Assembly: GCA_002695005.1 (NCBI GenBank)
Contig: NZNT01000026.1
Location: forward strand, 381,588 to 421,587
Source of the DNA: Maritimibacter sp.
Lineage (GTDB): Bacteria; Pseudomonadota; Alphaproteobacteria; Rhodobacterales; Rhodobacteraceae
Direction: 5' to 3'
DNA: 40,000 bases
Every line of letters starts with the position of its first letter. The first letter of the stretch is position 1. This document shows positions 31,998 to 40,000 of the stretch, in pieces. A program made the position numbers and the translations under genes. The notes under the pieces were generated by a model, which worked only from the letters and a program-made list of their open reading frames with translations, did not search any database and was not told where the DNA came from.

Positions 31998-32678
31998 TTA
32001 GTCTTCCGATCCGCGTGTCTGGTCGCGATCCCGGTATTTCAGTCCGGCGACAAGGATCGCGCACATGTGGCGCGCGGCCTCCTCCCAATTGTCGGACGAC
32101 ACACGCCCCCCGGAGAGCCGCGCCATGCGGCCATTATCCGTCATGACGATCATCATGGCCCCGAGCATCGTGTGATAGGCCCAGTGAACCTCTTCCAGCG
32201 TCCAGTCGGGAAAGCACTTCGATATAGCATCGGTCAGCATCTCGGCCACGGGGTCGAACATGTCGCGGAAAATGCCCCGCGCTTCTGACTGCGGGTCCGA
32301 CATTTCGCGCACGATCATGCGCCCGAAATCCGCGGACGGGCTTTCGCCACGTAGCGAGAACATCGGGTAGATCAGCGCCTTGACCACGAGGTCGATGCGC
32401 CGGTCGAGGTCCGGTTCGGCCCGCGCGAGCCTCAGCCCGGCGATCCGCTGATCCATGATAGCCGGCGCGCGCTTCTCGAAAATCGCGCGGTACAGCCCGG
32501 CCTTGGATCCGAAGTGGTAGTTGATGAGCGCGACAGGCACCCCCGCCTCTTCCGAGATCCGGCGGACCGAGGCCCCGTCGAAACCCCATTCCGCGAAGAC
32601 CGATTCGGCGGAGGCGAGGATTCGCTCCTTCGAGGTTTCGCCCTGATCGGCCTTGTTTCGTTGGGGTTTGATGGTCAT
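31998..32678 (-). CDS. TetR/AcrR family transcriptional regulator
   Basis: From the ATG at 32678 the translation reads MTIKPQRNKADQGETSKERILASAESVFAEWGFDGASVRRISEEAGVPVALINYHFGSKAGLY. This is the TetR HTH. The gene lies 22 nt upstream of the FAH gene. Confidence 0.88.
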   Translation of the reverse strand: MTIKPQRNKADQGETSKERILASAESVFAEWGFDGASVRRISEEAGVPVALINYHFGSKAGLYRAIFEKRAPAIMDQRIAGLRLARAEPDLDRRIDLVVKALIYPMFSLRGESPSADFGRMIVREMSDPQSEARGIFRDMFDPVAEMLTDAISKCFPDWTLEEVHWAYHTMLGAMMIVMTDNGRMARLSGGRVSSDNWEEAARHMCAILVAGLKYRDRDQTRGSED

Positions 32679-32712
32679 GAAATGCCCTGTGTTGAACGCC
32701 ATCGTAATAATC

Positions 32713-32728
32713 TTGAACAGTTGTTCAA
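32713..32728. promoter_or_regulatory. Palindrome TTGAACA-GT-TGTTCAA (candidate TetR operator)
   Basis: It has 7-bp perfect inverted arms. It sits in the 104-bp divergent region between the TetR gene (start 32678) and dctP (start 32783). Confidence 0.5.
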
Positions 32729-32782
32729 TGGCCGTTAGCGTTGGCTTCGGAGGAAACGGCGAAAGCCATCAGGGAGGAAAAC

Positions 32783-33862
32783 ATGAAAACCATACGTCAC
32801 AGTATGTCGCTTCTGGCCGCGTCCGCGGTTCTGGCAGGCGGGGCGCTTCCGGCGCTTGCGCAGGAGAAGCTTAACCTGACCATCGCGACGGGACATCCGG
32901 CGGTGTTCCTGTGGGTCAAGCATATCGGCGAGACGTTCATTCCGACGCTCAACGAGGAGCTCGCCAAAACCGGCGAGGTTGAGGTCGAGTGGACCGAGGC
33001 CTATGGCGGCACGCTCGTCAAACTCGGCGCCGAAGCACAGTCGATGCAGGATGGTCTGATCGACGTCGGACAGGCGATGGGCGTCTTCGACCCGGCGAAC
33101 ATGGGCATCCTGAACATGACTTATGCCATGCCGTTCGGACCGGTCGACGCCAAGCTGGTGACCGAAGCGGCGGAACACGCGCTCATGTCGAGCGAGGGCT
33201 TTATCGATCAGCTCGCGGACGCGACCGGCGTGGTCTACATCGGCGGCGGCATCGCCATCGACGGCTACAACATCGCGACGACCATGCCGCTCAAGACCCG
33301 TGCCGACATGGCGGGCGTCAAGATCTCGGGTGCCGGTCCGAACCTGTCCTGGCTCGACGGCACCGACGCGGTCGGCGTGCAGGGCAGCTATGTCAGCTTC
33401 TACAACGACATCAAGACGGGCGTATCGGACGGCGCGATCGGCTGGATCACGGCGAACGCCCCAGCGAAGCTTTGGGAAGTCGCCCCCTATTACAACGCGG
33501 TCGAATTCGGCGCGATGTATGTGGGCGGTCTCGCGGTGTCGCAAGACCGTTGGGAAAGCTTCTCGGACGCCACCAAGGATGCCTTCCGGGTCGCGGCCGA
33601 TGCCTACCAAGAGGCCTATTTTGCCGAACAGTCGGCCCGGATCGAGGGCGCGACGCAGGCGATGCTGGACGGCGGTGGCGAGATCGTCGAATTCGATCCG
33701 GCCGAGCGCAAGGCCTGGATCGAGGAAATGGCCAATCCGGCCACGGCCTGGGCTGAGGCCGCGCGGGCGCGGGGCGAGCCGGTGGATGATATCCTTGCGG
33801 CCTATGTCGCCTACCTCGCCGATGCGGGGTTCACCTTCCAGCGCAACTACCTCGAAGACTGA
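32783..33862 (+). CDS. dctP: TRAP transporter substrate-binding protein (DctP family)
   Basis: The ATG at 32783 follows AGGGAGG. It has a signal peptide (MKTIRHSMSLLAASAVLAGGALPALA) and is followed by DctQ and DctM genes. Confidence 0.8.
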   Translation: MKTIRHSMSLLAASAVLAGGALPALAQEKLNLTIATGHPAVFLWVKHIGETFIPTLNEELAKTGEVEVEWTEAYGGTLVKLGAEAQSMQDGLIDVGQAMGVFDPANMGILNMTYAMPFGPVDAKLVTEAAEHALMSSEGFIDQLADATGVVYIGGGIAIDGYNIATTMPLKTRADMAGVKISGAGPNLSWLDGTDAVGVQGSYVSFYNDIKTGVSDGAIGWITANAPAKLWEVAPYYNAVEFGAMYVGGLAVSQDRWESFSDATKDAFRVAADAYQEAYFAEQSARIEGATQAMLDGGGEIVEFDPAERKAWIEEMANPATAWAEAARARGEPVDDILAAYVAYLADAGFTFQRNYLED

Positions 33863-33913
33863 CCGGACCTGCCCCGGCGCATCATGCGCCGGGGTGACCG
33901 GGAGGAGACTGAC

Positions 33914-34462
33914 GTGAGCGATGTGAACGAAACATCCCGCGCGCCCGGAGGGCGTGGCGGGGGCGATGGGCCTTTGGGTCCGGTCGTGGCCGGGCTGAAC
34001 GCGCTCGGATCCGTGTGGATCATCGCGATCATGCTGCTGATCTGCGCCGATATCGCCATGCGGACCCTGTTCAATGCGCCCATCGCGGGCGTGGCAGAGA
34101 TGGTCGCCTTCTCAATCGTCGGGATCGTGTTTCTGCAACTGGCCCACACGTTACGCTCCGGCGCGCTCACGCGGTCGGACCTGCTCATCATGGTGGTGAT
34201 GAAGCGCTCGCCGCGCGCTGCGCAGATCCTGCTGGCCGTGTTCAACATAATCGGCGCCGTGCTTCTGGCGCTGACTTTCTGGTATTTCTTCCCGGTGCTG
34301 TCCAAGGCCTGGGTTCAGCCCGAGCGCAACTTCATGGGCAATCCGGGCTTCTTCGTCATTCCCACTTGGCCGCTCTACGGCCTCATGGCGATCGGCATGG
34401 CCGCGACGGTGCTGCAATACCTCGCCTCCGCCTGGGCCAACCTCGCGGGGCGCCAACCATGA
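33914..34462 (+). CDS. dctQ: TRAP transporter small permease (DctQ family)
   Basis: It has four hydrophobic helices and overlaps the dctM start (ATGA). GTG at 33914 follows GGGAGGAG plus 6 nt. The track ATG at 33884 is the in-frame alternative. Confidence 0.78.
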   Translation: MSDVNETSRAPGGRGGGDGPLGPVVAGLNALGSVWIIAIMLLICADIAMRTLFNAPIAGVAEMVAFSIVGIVFLQLAHTLRSGALTRSDLLIMVVMKRSPRAAQILLAVFNIIGAVLLALTFWYFFPVLSKAWVQPERNFMGNPGFFVIPTWPLYGLMAIGMAATVLQYLASAWANLAGRQP

Positions 34463-35772
34463 CGGGACTCGAGATCGGTTTCGCCTCTATCGGCGTGATG
34501 CTGGTGCTGATCTATTCCGGGCTTCATGTCGCCATCACGCTCATGCTGGTGAGCTTTGTCGGCGTCTGGCTCCTGCGCGACAACATGGACCTCGCAGCCA
34601 AGCTGATGGTCGCCGCGTTCAAGGATTCCATCTCGGACTACCTTTTCGGGGTCGTGCCGCTCTTTGTGCTGATGGGCCTCGTCGTGTCCGTCGCCGGGAT
34701 CGGGCGCGATACGTTCGACGTCGCACAGCAGGCATTTCGCAAGGTGGTCGGCGGGCTGGGCGTCGCCACTGTCGCCGCCAACGCGATCTTCGCCGCGATC
34801 ACCGGCATTTCCATCGCCTCGGCGGCCGTGTTCACCAAAGTCGCGGTGCCGGAGATGCGCCGCCACGGATATACCCCGCATTTTTCGGTCGGCGTTGTCG
34901 CGGGTTCGGCGGTACTGGGAATGCTGATCCCTCCGTCCCTGCTCTTCATCCTTTACGGCGTTCTGACCGAGCAATCGGTCGGCGACCTCTTCATCGCCGG
35001 CATCATCCCCGGTCTCGTTCTGTCGGCGACCTATGCCTTCGGGATCATCGCAATGGGTAAATGGGCACCCGAATTTATCGGCGGGACACAAGTGCCGGTG
35101 GACGACATGCCGACCATGTCGGCAGGTGAGATGCTGGGCAAGCTTGCACCTATCGTGATCCTTGTAGCGCTCGTTCTGGGCGGCATCTACGGCGGGGTCT
35201 TCACCCCGACGGAAGCCGGAGCCGCAGGTGCCGCAGGTGCGCTGGTCATCGCCATCGCGAAACGCCGGCTGGGCTGGCGCGACTTCTGGCAGGTGCTCGT
35301 CCAGACCGGTCACACCACCGCGTCGATCTGTTTCCTCATCATGGGTGCGACGCTCTATTCCCGGATGCTCGCCCTGTCGGGCATGCCCGACTGGCTCGGT
35401 GACACGGTGCTGGGCGCAGGTTTCGGCGTGAACGGGGTCGTCATCGCCATGATCCTCGTCATGGTCGTTCTGGGCACCATCCTCGACAGCGCCTCGATCA
35501 TGCTGCTTGTGCTGCCCATTGCCGTGCCGATTCTCACCGGGCTTCAGGTCGATCTGATCTGGCTCGGTGTCATCGCCATCCTCGCGGTCGAGATCGGGCT
35601 CCTGACCCCACCCTTCGGTCTGGCCGTCTATGTCATCAAGTCAACGCTCGGGCCGGACAGCGACATCACGCTTGGCCAGATCTTCAAGGGCGCCGCCCCT
35701 TTCGCTCTGATGATGGCGCTCGTCCTCGTTCTCGTATTCCTGTTTCCGGCGCTCGCCACCGCACTTCTTTAG
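34459..35772 (+). CDS. dctM: TRAP transporter large permease (DctM family)
   Basis: From the ATG at 34459 the translation reads MTGLEIGFASIGVMLVLIYSGLHVAITLML…. It is a ~437-aa polytopic protein with a typical DctM pattern. The upstream part of the 585-aa track ORF overlaps dctQ in another frame. Confidence 0.88.
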   Translation: MTGLEIGFASIGVMLVLIYSGLHVAITLMLVSFVGVWLLRDNMDLAAKLMVAAFKDSISDYLFGVVPLFVLMGLVVSVAGIGRDTFDVAQQAFRKVVGGLGVATVAANAIFAAITGISIASAAVFTKVAVPEMRRHGYTPHFSVGVVAGSAVLGMLIPPSLLFILYGVLTEQSVGDLFIAGIIPGLVLSATYAFGIIAMGKWAPEFIGGTQVPVDDMPTMSAGEMLGKLAPIVILVALVLGGIYGGVFTPTEAGAAGAAGALVIAIAKRRLGWRDFWQVLVQTGHTTASICFLIMGATLYSRMLALSGMPDWLGDTVLGAGFGVNGVVIAMILVMVVLGTILDSASIMLLVLPIAVPILTGLQVDLIWLGVIAILAVEIGLLTPPFGLAVYVIKSTLGPDSDITLGQIFKGAAPFALMMALVLVLVFLFPALATALL

Positions 35773-35784
35773 GGAGGAATTCTC

Positions 35785-36786
35785 ATGTCTAAATGGAAAT
35801 ACACCAAGGGTCTGCACGATCTTGGCAACGGCTGCTGGGGCTATCTCGTCCCGGACGGGTCGTGGGGCTGGTCCAACGCGGGCATCATCGCGGATGGTGA
35901 GGCGAACCTTCTGGTCGATACCTTATTCGATCTGAAATGCACCAAGGAAATGCTGGACGATATCAAGGCCAACGTCCCTGGCGGGGGTGACATCGGCATC
36001 CTCGTCAACACCCATGCGGACGGTGACCACACCTTTGGAAATCAGCTCGTCAAGGACGCGCGGATCATCGGGACTGACGGCACCGTGACCGACTTTGACC
36101 GGTTCGATCCGGCGTTCCTCGACCAGGTGATGAAAGACCCGGGCCAATTCGGCGTCGCGGGCGAGTTCATGGCGGAGTGTTTCCGGCCCTTCGACTTTTC
36201 AGGCATCACGCTGACCCCGCCGACCGAGACCTTCAAGGACCGGATGACCATCATGGTCGGAGACAAGCGCGTCGAGCTGATCGAGGTGGGGCCGGCACAT
36301 TCGCTGGGTGACGCGCTGATCTATGTGCCCGAGGACAAGGTGCTCTACACCGGCGATATCCTGTTCTCGGCAGGCACGCCTATCGCGTGGTATGGTCCGG
36401 TCGCGCGCTGGATCAACGTGTGCAACATGGTGCTCGACATGGATGTCGAGGTGATCGTCGCAGGCCACGGCCCGATTTCCACCAAGGACGACGTGCGCAA
36501 AATGCGTGACTACTTGCTGGATGTGACCGAGATGGCGCGCCCGTTTTATGAACAGGGGGTCGAATTCCTCGACGCGGCCTACAAGATTGATCTGGGCGAC
36601 TACAAGAACTGGACCGACGCCGAGCGGGTCATCGTGACAGTGCAGACGCTTTATGACGATTTCGATCCGTCGGACGAGCGCCCGGTTCACGTCCCGATCC
36701 CCTATTTCGAAATGATGAAGAACATGCGCGACCACATGGGCAAACCGCGCGTCCATGACGAATGGTGCAAGGAACACGGGCATTGA
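35785..36786 (+). CDS. MBL-fold metallo-hydrolase
   Basis: The metal motif is LVNTHADGDHTFGN (HxHxDH variant), with later GPAHSLGD and AGHG. GGGAGGA lies upstream. The gene is 12 nt after dctM. Confidence 0.82.
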   Translation: MSKWKYTKGLHDLGNGCWGYLVPDGSWGWSNAGIIADGEANLLVDTLFDLKCTKEMLDDIKANVPGGGDIGILVNTHADGDHTFGNQLVKDARIIGTDGTVTDFDRFDPAFLDQVMKDPGQFGVAGEFMAECFRPFDFSGITLTPPTETFKDRMTIMVGDKRVELIEVGPAHSLGDALIYVPEDKVLYTGDILFSAGTPIAWYGPVARWINVCNMVLDMDVEVIVAGHGPISTKDDVRKMRDYLLDVTEMARPFYEQGVEFLDAAYKIDLGDYKNWTDAERVIVTVQTLYDDFDPSDERPVHVPIPYFEMMKNMRDHMGKPRVHDEWCKEHGH

Positions 36787-37097
36787 GGGCGCGCTGACCC
36801 CACGGATCAGACGCGCGTAAGGGGAATTTCCGTGCTGACCGCCTTTTCATTCTTGGCAATGGTTGAGCAAACAAGTGTGTATTGAATTGGCGCCACTTCC
36901 GGTACAGCGAAGTCCGGACGGATTTTTAATCGCCCGGCGCGCGGAGCTTGCATCTCGCATAGCTGGTCGGGCGATCGAGGTGGGTGGGGGAAAGGGCATG
37001 TGAGGAACCTTTCCTTCTCCTCCGAGTTCTCAAAGCAGATATGGATTCGCAACCAGAGAGAAACGAGATAGTTCCACAAGCTGCTGAGAGCCAGCCC

Positions 37098-37694
37098 ATG
37101 TTCATGATCCTTTTAGGCTGGATCGTGATCGCCGGCTGCACGGCTCTCGCAGCAGCCATTTTAATTGCGGATGTGGCTGTTCCAAATCACGATTGGATCG
37201 CCGATACGATCAGTGACCTGGGCGCCGGTCGGTATGAGTTCATCGTAGACATTGGTCTTTATTCTTATTCTATTGGCATCCTGTCTGCAGCGCTCCTTTC
37301 AGCCCACGTTCACTTGGGCGGCAAGCGGTGGAGTATTGGCATATTTGCGCTTCTCATTTTTGGCTTGCTGGTTTTCCTGATCGGCGCAAGAAACGAATAC
37401 GGTGACGCGGACAGCGACGGCTGGGTTATTCACCAATACTTGGTCTACGGGGTCGGCGCGGCGGTCCTTGTAATCGCATTCACGATGGCGAAAGGCTTGA
37501 AACGCGCAAATGACCGCTACGCCTATGCGATGCGAGGACTCGGCGCGCTTTGGATGATCAGCGCGCCGGTGTTTTTCTTTCTACCGACCGATATTGACGG
37601 CCTCTATGAGCGAGCATTGGGGGTTATCTCCGGCGCCATCCTAATCACCTTGGCAATCTTTTTCATTCGTCGCGGATGCCATTTGGCCGCATGA
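37098..37694 (+). CDS. DUF998-like integral membrane protein
   Basis: The translation reads MFMILLGWIVIAGCTALAAAILIA…DWIADTISDLGAG… followed by five further TM segments. Alternative in-frame starts lie at 37041 and 36984. The region has lower GC. Confidence 0.6.
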   Translation: MFMILLGWIVIAGCTALAAAILIADVAVPNHDWIADTISDLGAGRYEFIVDIGLYSYSIGILSAALLSAHVHLGGKRWSIGIFALLIFGLLVFLIGARNEYGDADSDGWVIHQYLVYGVGAAVLVIAFTMAKGLKRANDRYAYAMRGLGALWMISAPVFFFLPTDIDGLYERALGVISGAILITLAIFFIRRGCHLAA

Positions 37695-37726
37695 TGGTGA
37701 CCCGCTCTCCTGAAACGTCCTCGATT

Positions 37727-37930
37727 TGAGGTTAGCCTGTTCTCCCACTGAGGAGACAGATGATGAAGAGAAGCCATTTCAGCGAAGAGCAGATCATTGG
37801 CATCCTGAAGGAGTTCCAGTGACCAAGGGAGCCGCGGCAGATTCTCGTGTGAAGAAAATGGGCGAGAAGCATCTCGTTACGCCCTGGTCGTGACAGTGTA
37901 GCGAACGGCACGAGATGGGATCTGAACGCT
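37727..37930 (+). mobile_element. Remnant of an IS3-family insertion sequence (left end plus decayed orfA 5' part)
   Basis: TGAGGTTAGCCTGTTCTCCCACTGAGGAGACAG looks like an IS3/IS407-type terminal repeat. It is followed by ATGATGAAGAGAAGCCATTTCAGCGAAGAGCAGATCATTGGCATCCTGAAGGAG = MMKRSHFSEEQIIGILKE, the conserved OrfA N-terminus. A stop occurs at 37820. Downstream similarity is only degenerate (…VKKMGEKHLVTPW… versus …CRKHGIS.ATFY.W…). No orfB or right end is present. Confidence 0.6.
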
Positions 37931-38033
37931 GTCCGCCAAGCCCGGGCAAGCCCATCCGCCTGTACCCCTGACTTGCAACAGTCCCTTGCCGCCCGCGACC
38001 CGCAGCGCATAGACTTCGCGGGGTCATCGGGAC

Positions 38034-39566
38034 ATGCGGGAACGAAGGGCGACAATTGTGGACACTGTGATGGACGAGCGCGAGATCACCTTCAGGTCCG
38101 CCCTGAAGTCGCCGCTCTCCGCCTACATCCGCGCCTTCGACGCGCCCGGCACCTCGCTCGACGAAACCCTCGTGAAGATCCTCATCGACTACAAGATGGG
38201 GCGCTTCCGGCAGGCGATGAAACGGTTTCACAACCTGCTCGTGGCGCAAGACCTCGACCCCGAGGTGCCGCTCCTTAAGCAACGGGATGCTCTGACCGAG
38301 GACACCGCCGCCCTGCTGGTGATCGAGATGCTGGCCCATATGGGCTACGATACCACGCTCAGCCCCGAGGGGATGTGGGGGTATGTCGACGCGATTTCGC
38401 TGTTCGATCCCGACGATCACGTCTGTCACGGCGCGGTCTACAACATGCTCCTGATGATCGCGTTCCGGCGGCTGGACCTGTCGGCGGCGGCCGAGTTCGG
38501 CCAGCTCGCCATCGACGCCTACCGGGCCAGCGGGTCGGATTATCTGGAAGGGTTCATCCACCTCCACCTCGGCTTCCTGAACATCAGCACCGGCGACCTC
38601 GCCGCCGCCTCGCGCGCGATGGACGAGGGGCATCGGTGTTTCGCCGCCGCCGGGGCGCCGGTCTGCGAAATGGCGATGGTCACCGTGGTGCGCTGGTGGA
38701 TCGACGCCGAGCATACGGGGGCCCTGCCCGACCCCGCGGCGCTTGTCGAAATGCAGGACGCGCTGGTCCACGGTGAGTTCTGGCCCGAGACCCTGCTGGT
38801 ACTCGCCACGCTTTTGTTCCGTGTCGGACAGGCGGAACAGGACGAGCGGGTACTGGAGCGGCACGCCGCGCTAGAAACCCTCCTCAGGGTGCGCGGCATG
38901 ACCGATCTCCTGCCCGCGATGCAGCTCTTGCGCGACGAATTCTTCCACGGGGCCAATCATGCCAAACCGGACGGGGCCAGCCCGCTCCGGCTGGACGAGC
39001 GGCACATGGTGATCCTGATGCCCAACACCACGTCTTTGGTCGTGAACTGGGGTGCCGACGCGCCGGAGGTGTCGCTGACCCTCGCCCGGCTTCGCGCAAC
39101 CCAGAGCCTACTCAACGGTGAACGGGCCATGCAGCAGGGTCGGTTCGACGAGGCCGCGCGCTGGCTGCTTCCCACCTTCGAGACGATCGAGGCGCAGGGC
39201 TGGACCTATCTTTTTACCACCGCGCGCGAGACCTTCGACCGCTTCTGCGCAGAATGTCGTGTGCGGCGCCGGTTCATCGACCGCGCCCGACACATCCGCG
39301 ATGCCTATCTCGACCCGCTCTCGGCGCAGGACCGGCTCGACCCCGCACCGCCGGACCTGACCCCGGCGGAATACGCCGTGCTCTGCCTTCTGCCGAACGC
39401 AACGAGCAACAAGGCGCTGGCCCGCACCCGCGGGGTGAGCGAGGCGACGGTGAAGTTCCACCTCAAGAGCATCTACGCCAAGCTTGGCGTGGGCCGCAGG
39501 CGCGACGCGATTGAGGCCGCGAAGCGCCTGGGCTGGATCGGTCAGGCGACGTCGAGCGGTTTGTAG
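38034..39566 (+). CDS. Large LuxR-family transcriptional regulator (helical/TPR-like N-terminal region plus C-terminal LuxR HTH)
   Basis: The C-terminus reads LTPAEYAVLCLLPNATSNKALARTRGVSEATVKFHLKSIYAKLGV.RRRDAIEAAKRLG. There is no Walker motif or receiver domain in the N-terminal ~440 aa. The start is uncertain (ATG 38034, or 38070). Confidence 0.8.
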   Translation: MRERRATIVDTVMDEREITFRSALKSPLSAYIRAFDAPGTSLDETLVKILIDYKMGRFRQAMKRFHNLLVAQDLDPEVPLLKQRDALTEDTAALLVIEMLAHMGYDTTLSPEGMWGYVDAISLFDPDDHVCHGAVYNMLLMIAFRRLDLSAAAEFGQLAIDAYRASGSDYLEGFIHLHLGFLNISTGDLAAASRAMDEGHRCFAAAGAPVCEMAMVTVVRWWIDAEHTGALPDPAALVEMQDALVHGEFWPETLLVLATLLFRVGQAEQDERVLERHAALETLLRVRGMTDLLPAMQLLRDEFFHGANHAKPDGASPLRLDERHMVILMPNTTSLVVNWGADAPEVSLTLARLRATQSLLNGERAMQQGRFDEAARWLLPTFETIEAQGWTYLFTTARETFDRFCAECRVRRRFIDRARHIRDAYLDPLSAQDRLDPAPPDLTPAEYAVLCLLPNATSNKALARTRGVSEATVKFHLKSIYAKLGVGRRRDAIEAAKRLGWIGQATSSGL

Positions 39567-40000
39567 TCCGCGTCGATCCCGAAGTAGCGCGGGCCGACGA
39601 GCGCAAGCGCCTCCTCGGTCCGCCAGATCGGGTCGCAGGGCAGGCCCAGCACCTTGACCGACAGCCCGTATTTCACCGTGTCCGTCGGCACCGGCGCGCC
39701 GGTGTTGGCGTCGATCAGCGTGATGAGGTCCGGCGTGGTGGCAAGCATGCGCCCGTCCTCCTCCGCCGACAGAAACTCGTTCTGAAAGCCCAGCGTCACG
39801 GTCCGGCCCCGGAAATGCCCCTGCCCTTCGATCCGCACGCTGCCCTTGGCGAACGCGCCCTCGAGCCGGCGCTCCACGTCACGCACACGGCCATGAAATA
39901 GCATGTCTGCCGTCAGCACCCTTGGGACATCTGAATTGATTTCGTAATGGAGGGTTTCTGGCTCATCGTAACCGCCAAGGAGTGGAGATGAGACAGAAAC
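39542..40000 (-). CDS. DUF917-family protein, C-terminal part (5' end off-window)
   Basis: The minus-strand frame is open from 40000 down to the stop at 39542. It reads …LTADMLFHGRVRDVERRLEGAFAKGSVRIEG…LGFQNEFLSAEEDGRMLATTPDLITLIDANTGAPVPTDTVKYGLSVKVLGLPCDPIWRTEEALALVGPRYFGIDADYKPL, matching the DUF917 C-terminal pattern as I remember it. Confidence 0.6.
   Translation of the reverse strand, partial: VSVSSPLLGGYDEPETLHYEINSDVPRVLTADMLFHGRVRDVERRLEGAFAKGSVRIEGQGHFRGRTVTLGFQNEFLSAEEDGRMLATTPDLITLIDANTGAPVPTDTVKYGLSVKVLGLPCDPIWRTEEALALVGPRYFGIDADYKPLDVA

Noticed and set aside
36787-36830. Hairpin CGCGCTGA…TCAG(A)CGCG right after the MBL gene as a terminator
   Set aside because: The stem has a bulge and no T-run follows. 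The evidence is too weak to annotate.
37732-38864. Minus-strand ORFs (107 aa at 37732-38055; 356 aa at 37794-38864) across the IS relic and LuxR gene
   Set aside because: They are antisense to a LuxR gene with a clear HTH. The sequences are Gly/Arg/Pro/His-rich without motifs. The 107-aa ORF spans decayed IS sequence.
1-40000. Search for CRISPR arrays, tRNA/rRNA genes, integrases, toxin-antitoxin pairs or known defence-system components (nucleases, reverse transcriptases, STAND/AAA ATPases, cyclases)
   Set aside because: I saw no tandem repeat-spacer structure, no cloverleaf-like conserved RNA segments and no such protein motifs in any frame. The only mobile-element trace is the IS3 relic at 37727-37930. 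The 'novel system' candidates here are therefore metabolic and exopolysaccharide loci, not defence islands.

Overview
High-GC DNA (visibly about mid-60s % GC, not computed). Gene content looks alphaproteobacterial and Rhodobacterales-like, but the taxon is inference. All calls come from reading the supplied translations and the sequence by eye; no database search was run.

Gene content, left to right:
- 1-4374: partial SDR gene and a minus-strand phnC-D-E-E (phoCDET-like) phosphonate/phosphate ABC transporter with a candidate Pho box.
- 4495-6887: dienelactone hydrolase, a TauE/SafE (TSUP) membrane protein and an IclR regulator.
- 6894-20477: a tightly packed 15-gene minus-strand operon. It combines a NitT/TauT-type ABC importer and an alpha-only Rieske oxygenase. 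A meta-cleavage-like core follows (SDR, hydrolase, extradiol dioxygenase). Then come a TPP enzyme, a NadX-like dehydrogenase, an aldehyde dehydrogenase, an FprA-type reductase, a flavodoxin and a pentapeptide-repeat protein.
- 20715-23799: a side module of FAD monooxygenase, bicupin and a second IclR.
- 23836-29282: an exopolysaccharide locus with an output-less sensor, a GH8 glucanase, an HlyD-type protein and a processive GT2 synthase with a degenerate PilZ-like tail. The layout resembles bgsBA of Sinorhizobium meliloti.
- 29283-31000: a lower-GC scar containing a DUF4114 fragment, a small membrane protein and a 112-bp relic of a second TSUP gene.
- 31016-36786: FAH-TetR divergent from DctPQM plus an MBL hydrolase.
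- 36800-37930: a lower-GC DUF998 gene and an IS3-family remnant.
- 38034-40000: a large LuxR-type regulator and a partial DUF917 gene.

I saw no rRNA, tRNA, CRISPR array or recognisable defence system. The two candidates for uncharacterised biology are the 15-gene operon with its unusual redox tail and the sensor-linked glucan locus.
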